Assembly: GCA_965213925.1 (NCBI GenBank)
Contig: OZ243927.1
Location: forward strand, 2,560,001 to 2,624,000
DNA: 64,000 nucleotides
Reading direction: 5' to 3'
From: Trueperaceae bacterium
GTDB taxonomy: Bacteria > Deinococcota > Deinococci > Deinococcales > Trueperaceae
The notes beneath the pieces are model-generated. The model worked only from the letters and a program-made list of their open reading frames with translations. It had not been told where the DNA came from and did no database searches. Both the position numbers and the translations under genes were made by a program. How positions within the stretch are numbered: the stretch's first letter is position 1; each line of letters begins with the position of its first letter. Below are positions 21,327 to 31,247 of the stretch, piece by piece.

Positions 21327-22439
21327 CTAATCCCCATCCGTGTCGTTAAACGTCACCGTCACGCCCATCTGGTTGCCCATGTCGGACTTTAAGAGGATGA
21401 CTAAAAGCCGCGCTTTGTCGTAGGCGGTTTGTACCGTGTCGGGCTGTTCAATTACAGCTTGATTCAGCGGCATATCGATAGCGTTAAGTGCAGCCAGCGT
21501 CTCGTCTATCTGCTCGTCGATCGTTTCCGAAAGCGGTCCGTAAGCGTAAAAGGCGTCTACATAGTTCAGATAGTCGTCAAAGCCCAAACCTTCCGCGCCG
21601 TTGAAGGTCATTTTCAGCGCTTCTACGTTGCTGATGAGGTTCGCTAGAGACGCCTCGCTCCGCGCCGCTTCCGCCAGCTCAGGTGCAGGCTCGCCGCCGT
21701 TCATCTTGCCGAGCGGTGCGCCCAGCTTGTCGCGCACGATCACTTCGGAGAGGTTGATCATCTCGTTCACGAGCATGTTGATGGAGCCCTGCGTCTTGCT
21801 GCCCTGCTCGTCGGCAGCGGCGAAGGTGGCGGCGTAGTTCTCGCCGCCCGGGGACCAGAGGGTGTGGAGTTCGGTGGCTTTTTGCGAGAGGTTTTGCGAG
21901 AGGTCAACCAGGTAGTCCATCCGCGCTGGCTCTTCTAAAGAGGTCAGTACCGCTTCGTCACCCGCCGGGTCGAAGAGGAGGTACTCGAGCGCGGGCAACC
22001 CCTTCGAGGTCGAGCCGACGTTTTCAACGTTTGCGCCTTCAGCAATCGCCTCGTCAATCAGCGCAGGGTCGGTGGGCGTCTTGCTGATCTGGTTGAAGAG
22101 GAGGGTCATCTCTAAGCCGCCCACTTCGAAGAGGTTGACGCGCTGCCACGCCGTGCTCGCCGCCTTCCAAGCCTCTTGCGCAGCTTGAAGTGTTTCTAGC
22201 GTAGGATTCTGATCGAGCGTCGCAACCACTTCTTCCAACGCCCTAGCTTCCTCCACAAAGGTTTGTTGTGAGGGCAAGATGACGTTTCGGGCGATATTCT
22301 CAAGCATCGCCTTGCGTTCGAACCCCTCGTCTTGCGCGCTTGCCGCTTCAGTTGAACTCGAGTTCTCTTGCGCCCAAACGACGAGGGGTAAAAGGGTAAT
22401 CAAAAGGCAAAATAACAACGCTGCTCTGCCGAACTTCAT
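21327..22439 (-). CDS. Imelysin-family secreted protein
   Basis: Signal peptide; AAQEAW, KGLPALEYLLF, C-terminal FNDTDGD. Confidence 0.88.
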   Translation of the reverse strand: MKFGRAALLFCLLITLLPLVVWAQENSSSTEAASAQDEGFERKAMLENIARNVILPSQQTFVEEARALEEVVATLDQNPTLETLQAAQEAWKAASTAWQRVNLFEVGGLEMTLLFNQISKTPTDPALIDEAIAEGANVENVGSTSKGLPALEYLLFDPAGDEAVLTSLEEPARMDYLVDLSQNLSQKATELHTLWSPGGENYAATFAAADEQGSKTQGSINMLVNEMINLSEVIVRDKLGAPLGKMNGGEPAPELAEAARSEASLANLISNVEALKMTFNGAEGLGFDDYLNYVDAFYAYGPLSETIDEQIDETLAALNAIDMPLNQAVIEQPDTVQTAYDKARLLVILLKSDMGNQMGVTVTFNDTDGD

Positions 22440-22482
22440 GGGTTAGCTCCTCGAGTGAATGAGAGGTGAATTCTTGAAACCA

Positions 22483-23895
22483 TCACAGTGAACCTAAAAA
22501 CGCCAACAGCGCCTCTCGGTCCTCTTTCGTCATGTTGATAAACCTGTCTTTGGACGCTTCCGCCTCGCCGCCGTGCCACAAAATCGCCTCTGCCAAGTTC
22601 CGCGCCCGCCCGTCGTGCAGATAGTTGGTGTGCCCGTTGACGGTTTCAAAGAGCCCGACGCCCCAGAGTGGCGGCGTGCGCCATTCGCTGCCTTTGGCGT
22701 CAAAGTCCGAAAGGTCGTCGGCTAAGCCTTCGCCCATGTCGTGAAGGAGCAGGTCGGTGTAAGGGTGAATGGTCTGGTTGGACACTGCGGGGATGGTCGG
22801 GTGTTCGCCCGTCTGCTGCGTTTCCGTGTGACATGCGGTGCAGGTTGCCTGCCGGAAAAGTTCACGACCTCTTACCACCTCGAGATCGTCCGGGTTGCGC
22901 TGGGCAGGGACGGCGAGGGTGCTCGAGTACAGCACCAGTTTGCGCAAATCGTCCGCTGGAATCTCCGGCTCGCCCGCCGCGTCGCTGCCGCTCTGCACCT
23001 CTAAGCACGCGGTTTGCGCAACGGCGCACCCTTCATCGGGGAACACATCTGTGGTAATGCCGATGTCGCCTGAAAACGCGGCGGCGGCTTGCTGCAAAAT
23101 CGTAGGCTGCTCCGCCTTCCAACCGAAACGCCCGATGTTCATGTCCTCTTTCTGAACGTCCCACACGGTGTTGACCCGTCCCGAAATGCCGTCGCCGTTC
23201 GCGTCGTCGGAGTCGGCGGCGGCGAGCAAGGCGTCATCTGGGATGGCTTCTAAGAGCCCTAAGCCGATCATCTGGTTGGCCACTCTGGGCGACAGCGCCA
23301 CCTCTTCGCTCAGGTCGCCATAAGCTAAGTTCTCTAAACGATAGGTCGGTTTGCGCAAGCTGTACGGCGTTCCATCTGCGTATTGCCCCGTGACCTCTTC
23401 GTAGTCAATCTCGAGCGTGCCCTCCGGCTTCACCTCTTGCACCGCGCTGTCCTGAAACTGCGTGCCGTAGTTCGGCTCGGGCAGGGGCGCACCGTGCACG
23501 TCTTCGCCGGGCATCCCCAAGCGAATCAGCAAGCCCGAGACCTCGCTCGGCTCTTCGGGTGGTCTGCCGCGCCCATCCTTGAAGTGACAGCTCGCGCAGG
23601 AGCGGGCGTTGAAGAAGGGACCTAAACCGTCCCTCGCCGTTGTCGAGGCGGGCGCTGTAACCCAGTTTTGATTGAAGAACGAGTTGCCGACGAAAAACAT
23701 CAATTCCTCTTCACGCTCCAAGCCGGGGATAGGCTGACCGAAGGCGTTGGGGGTCGTGTTGACGATGGTCGCCTGTCCGCCTAAGAGGTCGGTGCGCTCG
23801 GGTTTCTCACCTGTATTAAGTTGCGTTGCCGCGACAAGAATAAGGACGATGAAAGGCAGAATTGCGAGAGGTAAAATAGGGGTATATCGTTTCAA
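22483..23895 (-). CDS. Di-heme oxidoreductase family protein (DHOR)
   Basis: Two CxxCH motifs (CASCH, CTACH), GRFGWKA, WRTPPLWG, LHDGRAR. Confidence 0.92.
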   Translation of the reverse strand: MKRYTPILPLAILPFIVLILVAATQLNTGEKPERTDLLGGQATIVNTTPNAFGQPIPGLEREEELMFFVGNSFFNQNWVTAPASTTARDGLGPFFNARSCASCHFKDGRGRPPEEPSEVSGLLIRLGMPGEDVHGAPLPEPNYGTQFQDSAVQEVKPEGTLEIDYEEVTGQYADGTPYSLRKPTYRLENLAYGDLSEEVALSPRVANQMIGLGLLEAIPDDALLAAADSDDANGDGISGRVNTVWDVQKEDMNIGRFGWKAEQPTILQQAAAAFSGDIGITTDVFPDEGCAVAQTACLEVQSGSDAAGEPEIPADDLRKLVLYSSTLAVPAQRNPDDLEVVRGRELFRQATCTACHTETQQTGEHPTIPAVSNQTIHPYTDLLLHDMGEGLADDLSDFDAKGSEWRTPPLWGVGLFETVNGHTNYLHDGRARNLAEAILWHGGEAEASKDRFINMTKEDREALLAFLGSL

Positions 23896-23935
23896 AGTTT
23901 TGTCCTACGTGCTCTTTCTGTGTCCACATCAGAAG

Positions 23936-23959
23936 AACAAGGGGTTGCAACCCCTTGTT
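23936..23959. repeat. REP-like palindrome, copy 1
   Basis: AACAAGGGGTTGCAACCCCTTGTT perfect 24-bp palindrome; near-identical copy at 40904. Confidence 0.75.
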
Positions 23960-23971
23960 AAGTGCGTTTCT

Positions 23972-25120
23972 CTACTCCGGCAGTGCGGTGTTGATGGTGA
24001 GACCTAGGGTGCTCGAGGCTTCCGCGATCATGTCGCCCGTGTCGAGTAGCGTCATGACGAGTTCTAAAACCTGCTCTCGGCTCTCCTCGTTGACAATCGC
24101 CTGGTCGAAGGGGACGGGGATATTTTGCGCTTGCGTCTCGCTCGTCTCCAGAAGGGTTTGCATCTGCGCGTCCATGTCGGGGTTTGCCGCCGCCACGACC
24201 TCTTCTAAACCTGCGCCTTCCACAACGCTACCGTCTAAGCGCGTGTAGGAGCCCTTGTAGACGTTTTCGATGCCCTGAAGATTCGTGATGATATCGCGGT
24301 GGGTGTTGTCGCTGAAGCAGGAGTGCTCGTCCTCTTGGTTCTGGTTGTCGTACGCGGTGAAGATGCGCTCGCCTGCGAGTTCGGACTTGGCTAAGACGCC
24401 GATGCCGGTCATCATGTTCGTCAAGGCTTCGTCGGGGTTCATCGCCAAGAATTCGGCGCGGTAGTTGCTCGAAGCGTCGGGGCTCCACGCTTCGACGAGC
24501 GTCTCGAGGTTTTCCGTGAGCAACCCGGCAGCGGCGGAGAGGTAGGCGGCGCGGCGCTCGGCGTGCTCGTCGGTGGTGTAGTCGGTAACGGGGCGCTGAC
24601 CGTTCGTCTCGGCGCTCAGGTCTTGTCCCCAGAGGAGAAATTCAATCGCGTGATAGCCCGTCGAGATGTTCTCTTCTGCGCCCGCTTCGTTGAGAGATAC
24701 GAGCAAATCCTTGTCGACCGTCGGGTACGAGTCGGGACTACCTACGATGCCCGCTTCGGGCGCGCCTTCGACGTAATCGACGTAGGCTTCGTCTAAGGGC
24801 CACGCATTGAGGAGCCCTTCGGGACCGTCTGCGTCGTCAATTGGACCGCCGTAGAAGCGGTACGCCTCGGTCTGCCCGTAGGGTTCTTGCGCGGCGAGCC
24901 ACGCTTCTTTGGCGGCGGCTAAGGTCGTCTCGTTCGGGTCGGCTAGAAAAGCGTCGATCTCTTCTTGTAGAGAGGTCGCTAAGGTGAGCGAGTCCTCGTA
25001 GCTGGCGTAAACGAGGTCGGCGTAGGTCTCCATGACCTCTTGTTTGAGTGCGTCGTCTTGTGCGTGTCCAAAAGCAATCAAGCAGACGATAATGGACAGT
25101 AAAATAGCTTTGACGTTCAT
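23972..25120 (-). CDS. IrpA-like imelysin iron-regulated protein
   Basis: ATG 25120 with AAGGAG RBS; signal peptide; LNAWPLDE, GYHAIEFLLWGQD, EDEHSCFSDNT. Confidence 0.92.
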   Translation of the reverse strand: MNVKAILLSIIVCLIAFGHAQDDALKQEVMETYADLVYASYEDSLTLATSLQEEIDAFLADPNETTLAAAKEAWLAAQEPYGQTEAYRFYGGPIDDADGPEGLLNAWPLDEAYVDYVEGAPEAGIVGSPDSYPTVDKDLLVSLNEAGAEENISTGYHAIEFLLWGQDLSAETNGQRPVTDYTTDEHAERRAAYLSAAAGLLTENLETLVEAWSPDASSNYRAEFLAMNPDEALTNMMTGIGVLAKSELAGERIFTAYDNQNQEDEHSCFSDNTHRDIITNLQGIENVYKGSYTRLDGSVVEGAGLEEVVAAANPDMDAQMQTLLETSETQAQNIPVPFDQAIVNEESREQVLELVMTLLDTGDMIAEASSTLGLTINTALPE

Positions 25121-25144
25121 CTCTCTCCTTAGAGTCTTCAATCT

Positions 25145-25210
25145 AATCCCAAGTAGATTGCTCGGAATTGAGCTACGACCATCGTATGCCCACCGTGAAG
25201 AAGTTGTCAA
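25145..25210 (-). promoter_or_regulatory. Sigma70-like promoter plus downstream imperfect palindromic operator
   Basis: TTGACA (25210-25205) N18 TACGAT (25186-25181); AATTCCGAG-N7-CTTGGGATT at 25169-25145. Confidence 0.6.
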
Positions 25211-25329
25211 GGGTAGAGTAGCCCCTCGGGACCGTTCCTATTTGCGTGTAGAAAGGGCTATTTTATAGACTCGGCTAAGATGCTCGAGCCGACTTCCGAG
25301 AGGTCGGTGGAATAGAGCAGATTCCGCCG

Positions 25330-26490
25330 TCAAGTAACAGCGCTCGCAAGTACGTCCGCCAACGCCGCCGCGTCCGCCTCATCGTTATAGACGTTCGGCG
25401 CAACCCGCACCGCGTCACCCCGCACGGAGACGTGGATGTGACGCGCTTCTAAGGCTTGGCGTAAAGTCTCCAAGTCAACCTCTTGTGGCAAGCGCACCCC
25501 GAAGAGGTGGCGTGACGAACTCGCCTCATCCTCCACGCGGTAGCCATGTGAGCAGAGCGCCTGGATCGGCTCGCGAAAGAGGTCGGCGCAGTACGCTTGA
25601 ACCCGTTCGGGACGACGCTCCAAAAGGTCTTCTAAGGCGGCGACGAGCATCGGCAAGAGGATGGGGTTGCTGCGCTCGCCCACGTCGAAGCGCACTGCGC
25701 CCGCCGCGTACTCGTCCCGATAGTCCACCAAGCGGCTGAAGTCCTCGCTGCCGCGCCTCGCTATCCAAGTCTCTTCTAAAGGAGTCCCTTGCAAAAACCG
25801 CTCGCCGTAATAGGCGAAGCCGAGCCCATACGGACCCATCAGCGTTTTATACGACCCTGCTATGAGCGCGTCGGGTTGCAGTTTCGCCACGTCAAAGGGA
25901 AGTGCGCCGAGGGACTGGGTGCCGTCGATGATAAAGGCTGCTCCGACCTCCCTTGCCTTAGCCCCAATCGCTTCTAAATCAAAGCGTGTCCCGTCTGCCC
26001 AGTGCACGTGGGGCAACGCGACGAGCGCGGTGGTTTCATCAATCGCCTCTAAAAGCGCTTCATTCCACCCTTGATAACGCGGCATTCCTTCCGGCGGCGC
26101 TACAACCTGCAAGTCCGCCCCCTCGTCCCGCATCCGCCGCCACACGTACATGTTGCTGGGGAACTGCTCCGCCGAGGTCACGATACGCTGACCGCTTTCA
26201 ATATGGAGATTCTTCGCCACCGTCGCCACTCCATAGGAAACGGACGGCACAAGCGCCACGTGCTCCGGTGAGGCGTTGACGAGTTGCGCGAAGAGGTCTC
26301 TCGCTCTGCTGCTCTCATCAAAGAAGTCCGCAGGCGTAATCTGCATAGGTGCAGACTTCCGCCGCACGCCCTCTAAGCCCGCCGCCTCGACCCTATGCGA
26401 AAGCGGCGACATGTACGCGCAGTTGAGATAGTGGCTATCCTCCGGTAGAGAGAAGAGGTGTTTCTGACAGGTGAGGGGGGTGGTATTCAT
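25330..26490 (-). CDS. Class V PLP-dependent aminotransferase/lyase
   Basis: YLNCAYMSP, IDGTQSLG, GSYKTLMGPYG. Confidence 0.9.
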   Translation of the reverse strand: MNTTPLTCQKHLFSLPEDSHYLNCAYMSPLSHRVEAAGLEGVRRKSAPMQITPADFFDESSRARDLFAQLVNASPEHVALVPSVSYGVATVAKNLHIESGQRIVTSAEQFPSNMYVWRRMRDEGADLQVVAPPEGMPRYQGWNEALLEAIDETTALVALPHVHWADGTRFDLEAIGAKAREVGAAFIIDGTQSLGALPFDVAKLQPDALIAGSYKTLMGPYGLGFAYYGERFLQGTPLEETWIARRGSEDFSRLVDYRDEYAAGAVRFDVGERSNPILLPMLVAALEDLLERRPERVQAYCADLFREPIQALCSHGYRVEDEASSSRHLFGVRLPQEVDLETLRQALEARHIHVSVRGDAVRVAPNVYNDEADAAALADVLASAVT

Positions 26491-26625
26491 TGTTACAGCT
26501 TAATATACAGACCTCGGCAATGTGTTGATTTGTACCTCTTCCGGTTCTCCTAAAGTGCTGACTGGCTGAAGTGCTTTCCCGGTATACACCCCGACCCTCG
26601 AGCCACCCGTCGTACACTACACTTC

Positions 26626-28590
26626 ATGACACTAGGAACCTGCTACTACCCCGAACATTGGTCTGAAGAGACCTGGCAACAAGGCGCGAAGCGGATGAAA
26701 GCGTTGGGTCTCACTTGGGTGCGCATCGGTGAGTTTGCGTGGAGCCGCTTGGAGCCGGAGGACGGGAGGCTCGAGCTTGACTGGCTCGACCGCTCCATCG
26801 ACATTCTCGGAGACGCGGGGTTAAAGGTCGTTCTGGGCACGCCGACGCCGACGCCTCCTAAATGGCTCATCGACAAGTACGACAACGTCTTGCAGGTAGA
26901 CGAGCAGGGGCGCGTGCGCAAATTCGGCTCCCGTCGCCACTACTGCTTCAATTCGGCGTCTTACCGAAGAGAGACTAAGCGCATTGTCACGCTGCTTGCG
27001 GAGCGCTACGGCTCGCACGAGGCGGTGCAGGCGTGGCAGACGGATAACGAGTACGGCTGTCACGACACGATCCGCTGTTACTGCAAAAACTGTGAACGGG
27101 CGTTCCGGGTCTGGCTCGAGCAAAAATATGGCGACGTCGAAAAGCTCAACGAAGCCTGGTGGAACGTCTTCTGGAGTATGGAGTACACCTCCTTTGAAGA
27201 GGTCGAGCTGCCCAATTTGACCGTCACCGAGCCCAACCCGAGCCACAGCTTGGACTTCTACCGCTTCTCGTCGGATTCGGTGGTGGACTACGACAAGCTG
27301 CAGTGTGACCTCATCCGTCAGCACTCGAATAAGCCTGTGACACATAACGCGATGATTTACTTCGCTGACCTCGACTACTACAAGCTCGCTAAAAACTTAG
27401 ATATCTTGACCTGGGATAATTACCCCTTGGGGACGCTCGAGACTAGCTTCCTCCCTGATGAGGTGAAAACGCACTTCATGCGCACCGCCCACCCCGACCT
27501 CACCTCCATGATGCACGACCTCTACTACGGCGCGAAGCGCAAGCCCTTTTGGGTGATGGAACAGCAGCCGGGACCCGTCAACTGGGCACCCTCGAACCCC
27601 TTGCCCATGCCCGGCGCGGTGCGGCTCTGGTCGCATCAGGCGTTCGCGCACGGGGCGGACGTGGTGGCGTACTTCCGGTGGCGAGCCGCGAGAGGGGCAC
27701 AAGAGCTGATGCACGCAGGGATGAATTTGCATGATGGCTCGGCGGACAGGGCGAGCGAAGAGGCGAAGCAAGTTGCGGCAGAGTTAGCCGCTTCGGAAGA
27801 GGTCACGGCGAGTGTCGCGCTTCTATTCAACATCGAAAACCTCTGGGCGACGCACTTGCAGCCGCACGCGCAAGGGTGGAACTACTGGGCGCTCCTGCTC
27901 GACTACTACCGGACGCTGAGAGGGTTGGGCTTAGAGGTCAGCATTCTTCACCCGAGCGAAGATTTGGGTGCTTACAAGGTCGTCTTTGCCCCTGCGCTGC
28001 ATCTCGTAGACGAAGCTCTGGCGGCGCATCTTACGGACTATGTCAAAGCAGGCGGACATCTCGTGCTGGGCCCGCGTAGTGGCGCAAAGACGCTCACGAA
28101 CATCGCTCACGCTCCTGCGCCGGGTCCACTCGCTGAGCTGATGGGCGTGCGTATTGACCATGTGGACGGGTTACGCCCTGGTGTTGAAGAAGAGGTGGAA
28201 CTCAAGGGCGAACGCTACGCCTACCGCACCTGGGCGGACGTGCTCACGCCGACCTCCGCTGACGTGCTGGCAACGTATAAAGCGGACGCCTACGCGGGTA
28301 CCGCTGCCCTGACCCGTCAAGAGGTCGGAGCGGGGCGGTGCACTGTTTTAGGGATGTGGGGGGGTGACGCGCTGCACCGTGCGATATTCGAAGAGGTGTT
28401 GGTGTCCACTGAACTCTTGTTCACTTCTTTGCCCGAAGGGGTACGGCTGACAAGTCGGGGTGAGAGAGGTTATCTCATGAACTTCAACCCGCACACCATT
28501 AAGTTAAGTGATGAACTGACCGAGCTTGTCGGACAGACTGAGCTAAAACCATGTGACGTTCTCTTCTTTAGAAGTGCTGATAAAAGCTGA
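26626..28590 (+). CDS. Beta-galactosidase, GH42
   Basis: CYYPEHW, IGEFAWS, WQTDNEY, WVMEQQPGPVNW. Confidence 0.95.
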   Translation: MTLGTCYYPEHWSEETWQQGAKRMKALGLTWVRIGEFAWSRLEPEDGRLELDWLDRSIDILGDAGLKVVLGTPTPTPPKWLIDKYDNVLQVDEQGRVRKFGSRRHYCFNSASYRRETKRIVTLLAERYGSHEAVQAWQTDNEYGCHDTIRCYCKNCERAFRVWLEQKYGDVEKLNEAWWNVFWSMEYTSFEEVELPNLTVTEPNPSHSLDFYRFSSDSVVDYDKLQCDLIRQHSNKPVTHNAMIYFADLDYYKLAKNLDILTWDNYPLGTLETSFLPDEVKTHFMRTAHPDLTSMMHDLYYGAKRKPFWVMEQQPGPVNWAPSNPLPMPGAVRLWSHQAFAHGADVVAYFRWRAARGAQELMHAGMNLHDGSADRASEEAKQVAAELAASEEVTASVALLFNIENLWATHLQPHAQGWNYWALLLDYYRTLRGLGLEVSILHPSEDLGAYKVVFAPALHLVDEALAAHLTDYVKAGGHLVLGPRSGAKTLTNIAHAPAPGPLAELMGVRIDHVDGLRPGVEEEVELKGERYAYRTWADVLTPTSADVLATYKADAYAGTAALTRQEVGAGRCTVLGMWGGDALHRAIFEEVLVSTELLFTSLPEGVRLTSRGERGYLMNFNPHTIKLSDELTELVGQTELKPCDVLFFRSADKS

Positions 28591-28603
28591 GCTGGTAAAC
28601 AGA

Positions 28604-28639
28604 GAAGCGCCTCACCCATTGACTAAGGTGAGGCGCTTC
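28604..28639. terminator. Hairpin between convergent genes
   Basis: GAAGCGCCTCACC / GGTGAGGCGCTTC 13-bp IR. Confidence 0.75.
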
Positions 28640-28665
28640 GGTTTAAGCTACCGACCTATTTAGCG

Positions 28666-31239
28666 TTACTCGGTCGGCGGGTTGAGAAAGCTCGTGACGA
28701 TAAAGCCGTACTCGCCCGTCGTGGCGTTGTCGGGGTTGATGGCGTCCCAGGGCGTCACGACGGCGTAGTAGACGCCGCCCGACTCGGAGGTGTAGGTCAC
28801 GCGGGACTCGCGTCCGGTGAAGTCGTCGTTAAAAGCGACCTGTACACCCTCGGCGTCGTAGAGCCCTAAGAGGGTGTCGGGCGCGCCCGAGGAGAGCGTC
28901 TCCGCGTCCGCCACGATCGTCGCACCCTCTGACACCTCGAAGGTGAAAATGTCCACGTCGGAGGCTTCCGATATTTCGGCGTCCAAGGCGCTACCGAAGG
29001 GAATCTCTTGCGCGTTAGAGAGGTCGACGTCGTTGATCGTCGTGCCGTCTACGACGGCGCTGCCGTTAGGTTCCTCTTCCTCACCGATGAAGGGGGCGAC
29101 GTCCATGTCGTAGAGGTTGAAGGGGCTGTTCGTGTCCGGCGCGCCCTCCGCGCCGCTCACTTCCGTGACCTCGACGTAGACCGTGCCCGTCGCCGGCGCG
29201 GTGAAGTTGACGAGCGAGTCCGTGCCGAGCGTCTCGTCTTGGTTGTTGTCGTTCTCGGCGATGAGCGTGCCGTCCTCGGCTAGAACGCGCAAGAAGGTGT
29301 CGAACGCACCCGAAACGGTTTCCAAGTTCACGCGGTACGGGGTGCCCTCCTCGACTTGGAGCGCGTACACGTCCACGTCGGTTTCGTTTTCAGGGTCGTA
29401 GAGGCTGGCTCTCGCGGTGACGCCGACCTCGGCAATTTCCGCCGCCTCTTCGGGCGTCGCGTTCGGCTCGAAGGGGTCTTCGAAGGCGTCGACGTCGAGT
29501 TCGAAGCTGACAACTTCCGTCTCGCCCGGGGCGATGTTAACTTTCGTCTCGGCGGTGATCGCGTTTAAGCCCGTTGTCGCGGTGTGCGGGCCGCTCGCCT
29601 GGAGCAGGTACGAGCCGGAGTCGATCTGCTGAAAGAGCCCGGTGCCCGAAGGGATGACCAGACGCCCGTCGGAGGTTTGCGTGTATTCGATGGGTCCGGG
29701 CTGACTGCCTAAGGGAATCAAGGTCAAGCCGACCTTGGGCACGTTGACCCTCTCGTCGCCCGCGAGCGTGGTCTGCACGACCAACGTGCCGCCCGCCTTG
29801 ACGCGGCGCGTGCCCTCGGCGACCTCCAGGGCGCGTTCGACCGCCGCCTCGGAGTTCACGATGCCAAAGCCCAGGTCGTTAAAGTCGTAATCCGCGGGTC
29901 TCATCGCCGTCTCTTCCAAGATTTTACGCACTTGCGCCGCGCCTAAAACCTCGGTAATGTTCCCGTCACGGTCGCGCTCGGCGCTCGCCTCTAAGATGAG
30001 CGCGGCGGTGCCCGCCGTCGCAGGTGCCGAGAACGAGGTGCCGCTGACGAACTCGTACTTCGCTTCGGGGCTTTCTGGGTCGCAAGCGGAGAAGTCCGGC
30101 TCGGCGAAGGCGCAGTCGCGTGACGCCGTCGTCCAGATGTTCTCGCCGGGCGCAGCCACGTCTAGGTGAAGACCGCGGTTGGAGAAGTCGGTGCGCTTGT
30201 CGGTCGGTAGCGTCGCGGCGACGCTGATGAGACCGGGGTGCCAGGCGGGTTCGGCGAAGCCTTCGGTGGGCGTGTTGCCCGCCGAGGTGACGAGCACGAT
30301 GCCCGAGGTGAGCATGAAGTCCATCGTGTCTTTGACAATCTGGTCGTAACCCGAGCTGCCCCACGACATGTTGACGATGTGGACGTAAGGTCCGGTTTCG
30401 GCGTCCGTGCCGGGGGCGCGGTCGTCGCCGCCTAAAGCGCCGTCGGGACCGACCGCGGCGAAGAGGGCGGCGTTGATGATTGCGGTCGTCGTGAGCCCGC
30501 CCGTCTCAGGATCGCTGATGGCTAAAGGCACGATGCTCGCGCCGTACGCCGTGCCGCGTCCCCCCAACTCGTTCGCCACGCCCGCCGCCGTGCCCGCGAC
30601 CCAGGTGCCGTGCTCGCCCTGACCGTCGAACGGCGTGTCCTCTTCGATGAGCGTGCCCGTGAAACCGTCGTAACCGGGGTAGAACATGTTGTCCACCAGG
30701 TCGGGGTGGCGGTGGTCCATAAACTCGTCGTGAATGCCGATGCGCACGCCCGCGCCGCTGACGCCCTCTGCCCACGCGCCCTCGGAGTCCATCTGGCGGT
30801 GCATCCACTGTTTGTCGTATTCGGGGTCGTTGATATCTAACTGTTGCGTCTCTAGTCCCGCGGTGTTGACCTCATCGGCGCGCAGGGGCTCTTGCCACAC
30901 GACGCGGTTCGGTTGCGCGTAGCGCAGTCCTTTGAGGCGGCTCGCGGTCGCTTCCGCTTTGGTGACGCTCAGGTTCGCGGGCAGCTCTAAAAGCGCCGCG
31001 TTGAGCTGCGTCCAGTCGGTACGGAGCGTCGCGCCGAGCGCGGCGGCTAAGTCCGCCGGGTCAACGCCCTCTTGATAGCCGACGATGAGCTGACCTTCGA
31101 CGAGGTTCTGGCTTTTGTCCACGCTGACGTCGGGGCGGCTCGTGCCCGGAGCGGCTCCGGGGGTAGGCGCGGCGACGTCCGTGCTACACGCGGCGAGCGC
31201 AACCGTTAGGAGTAGCGCGAGTATGATTGATCGTTTCAT
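28666..31239 (-). CDS. S8 subtilisin-like lipoprotein with C-terminal PPC-like domains
   Basis: Lipobox LAAC; catalytic D (IGIHD), H (HGTWVAG), S (GTSFSAP); two DTxLxxx...NDx repeats. Confidence 0.92.
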   Translation of the reverse strand: MKRSIILALLLTVALAACSTDVAAPTPGAAPGTSRPDVSVDKSQNLVEGQLIVGYQEGVDPADLAAALGATLRTDWTQLNAALLELPANLSVTKAEATASRLKGLRYAQPNRVVWQEPLRADEVNTAGLETQQLDINDPEYDKQWMHRQMDSEGAWAEGVSGAGVRIGIHDEFMDHRHPDLVDNMFYPGYDGFTGTLIEEDTPFDGQGEHGTWVAGTAAGVANELGGRGTAYGASIVPLAISDPETGGLTTTAIINAALFAAVGPDGALGGDDRAPGTDAETGPYVHIVNMSWGSSGYDQIVKDTMDFMLTSGIVLVTSAGNTPTEGFAEPAWHPGLISVAATLPTDKRTDFSNRGLHLDVAAPGENIWTTASRDCAFAEPDFSACDPESPEAKYEFVSGTSFSAPATAGTAALILEASAERDRDGNITEVLGAAQVRKILEETAMRPADYDFNDLGFGIVNSEAAVERALEVAEGTRRVKAGGTLVVQTTLAGDERVNVPKVGLTLIPLGSQPGPIEYTQTSDGRLVIPSGTGLFQQIDSGSYLLQASGPHTATTGLNAITAETKVNIAPGETEVVSFELDVDAFEDPFEPNATPEEAAEIAEVGVTARASLYDPENETDVDVYALQVEEGTPYRVNLETVSGAFDTFLRVLAEDGTLIAENDNNQDETLGTDSLVNFTAPATGTVYVEVTEVSGAEGAPDTNSPFNLYDMDVAPFIGEEEEPNGSAVVDGTTINDVDLSNAQEIPFGSALDAEISEASDVDIFTFEVSEGATIVADAETLSSGAPDTLLGLYDAEGVQVAFNDDFTGRESRVTYTSESGGVYYAVVTPWDAINPDNATTGEYGFIVTSFLNPPTE

Positions 31240-31247
31240 AAGTCCTC

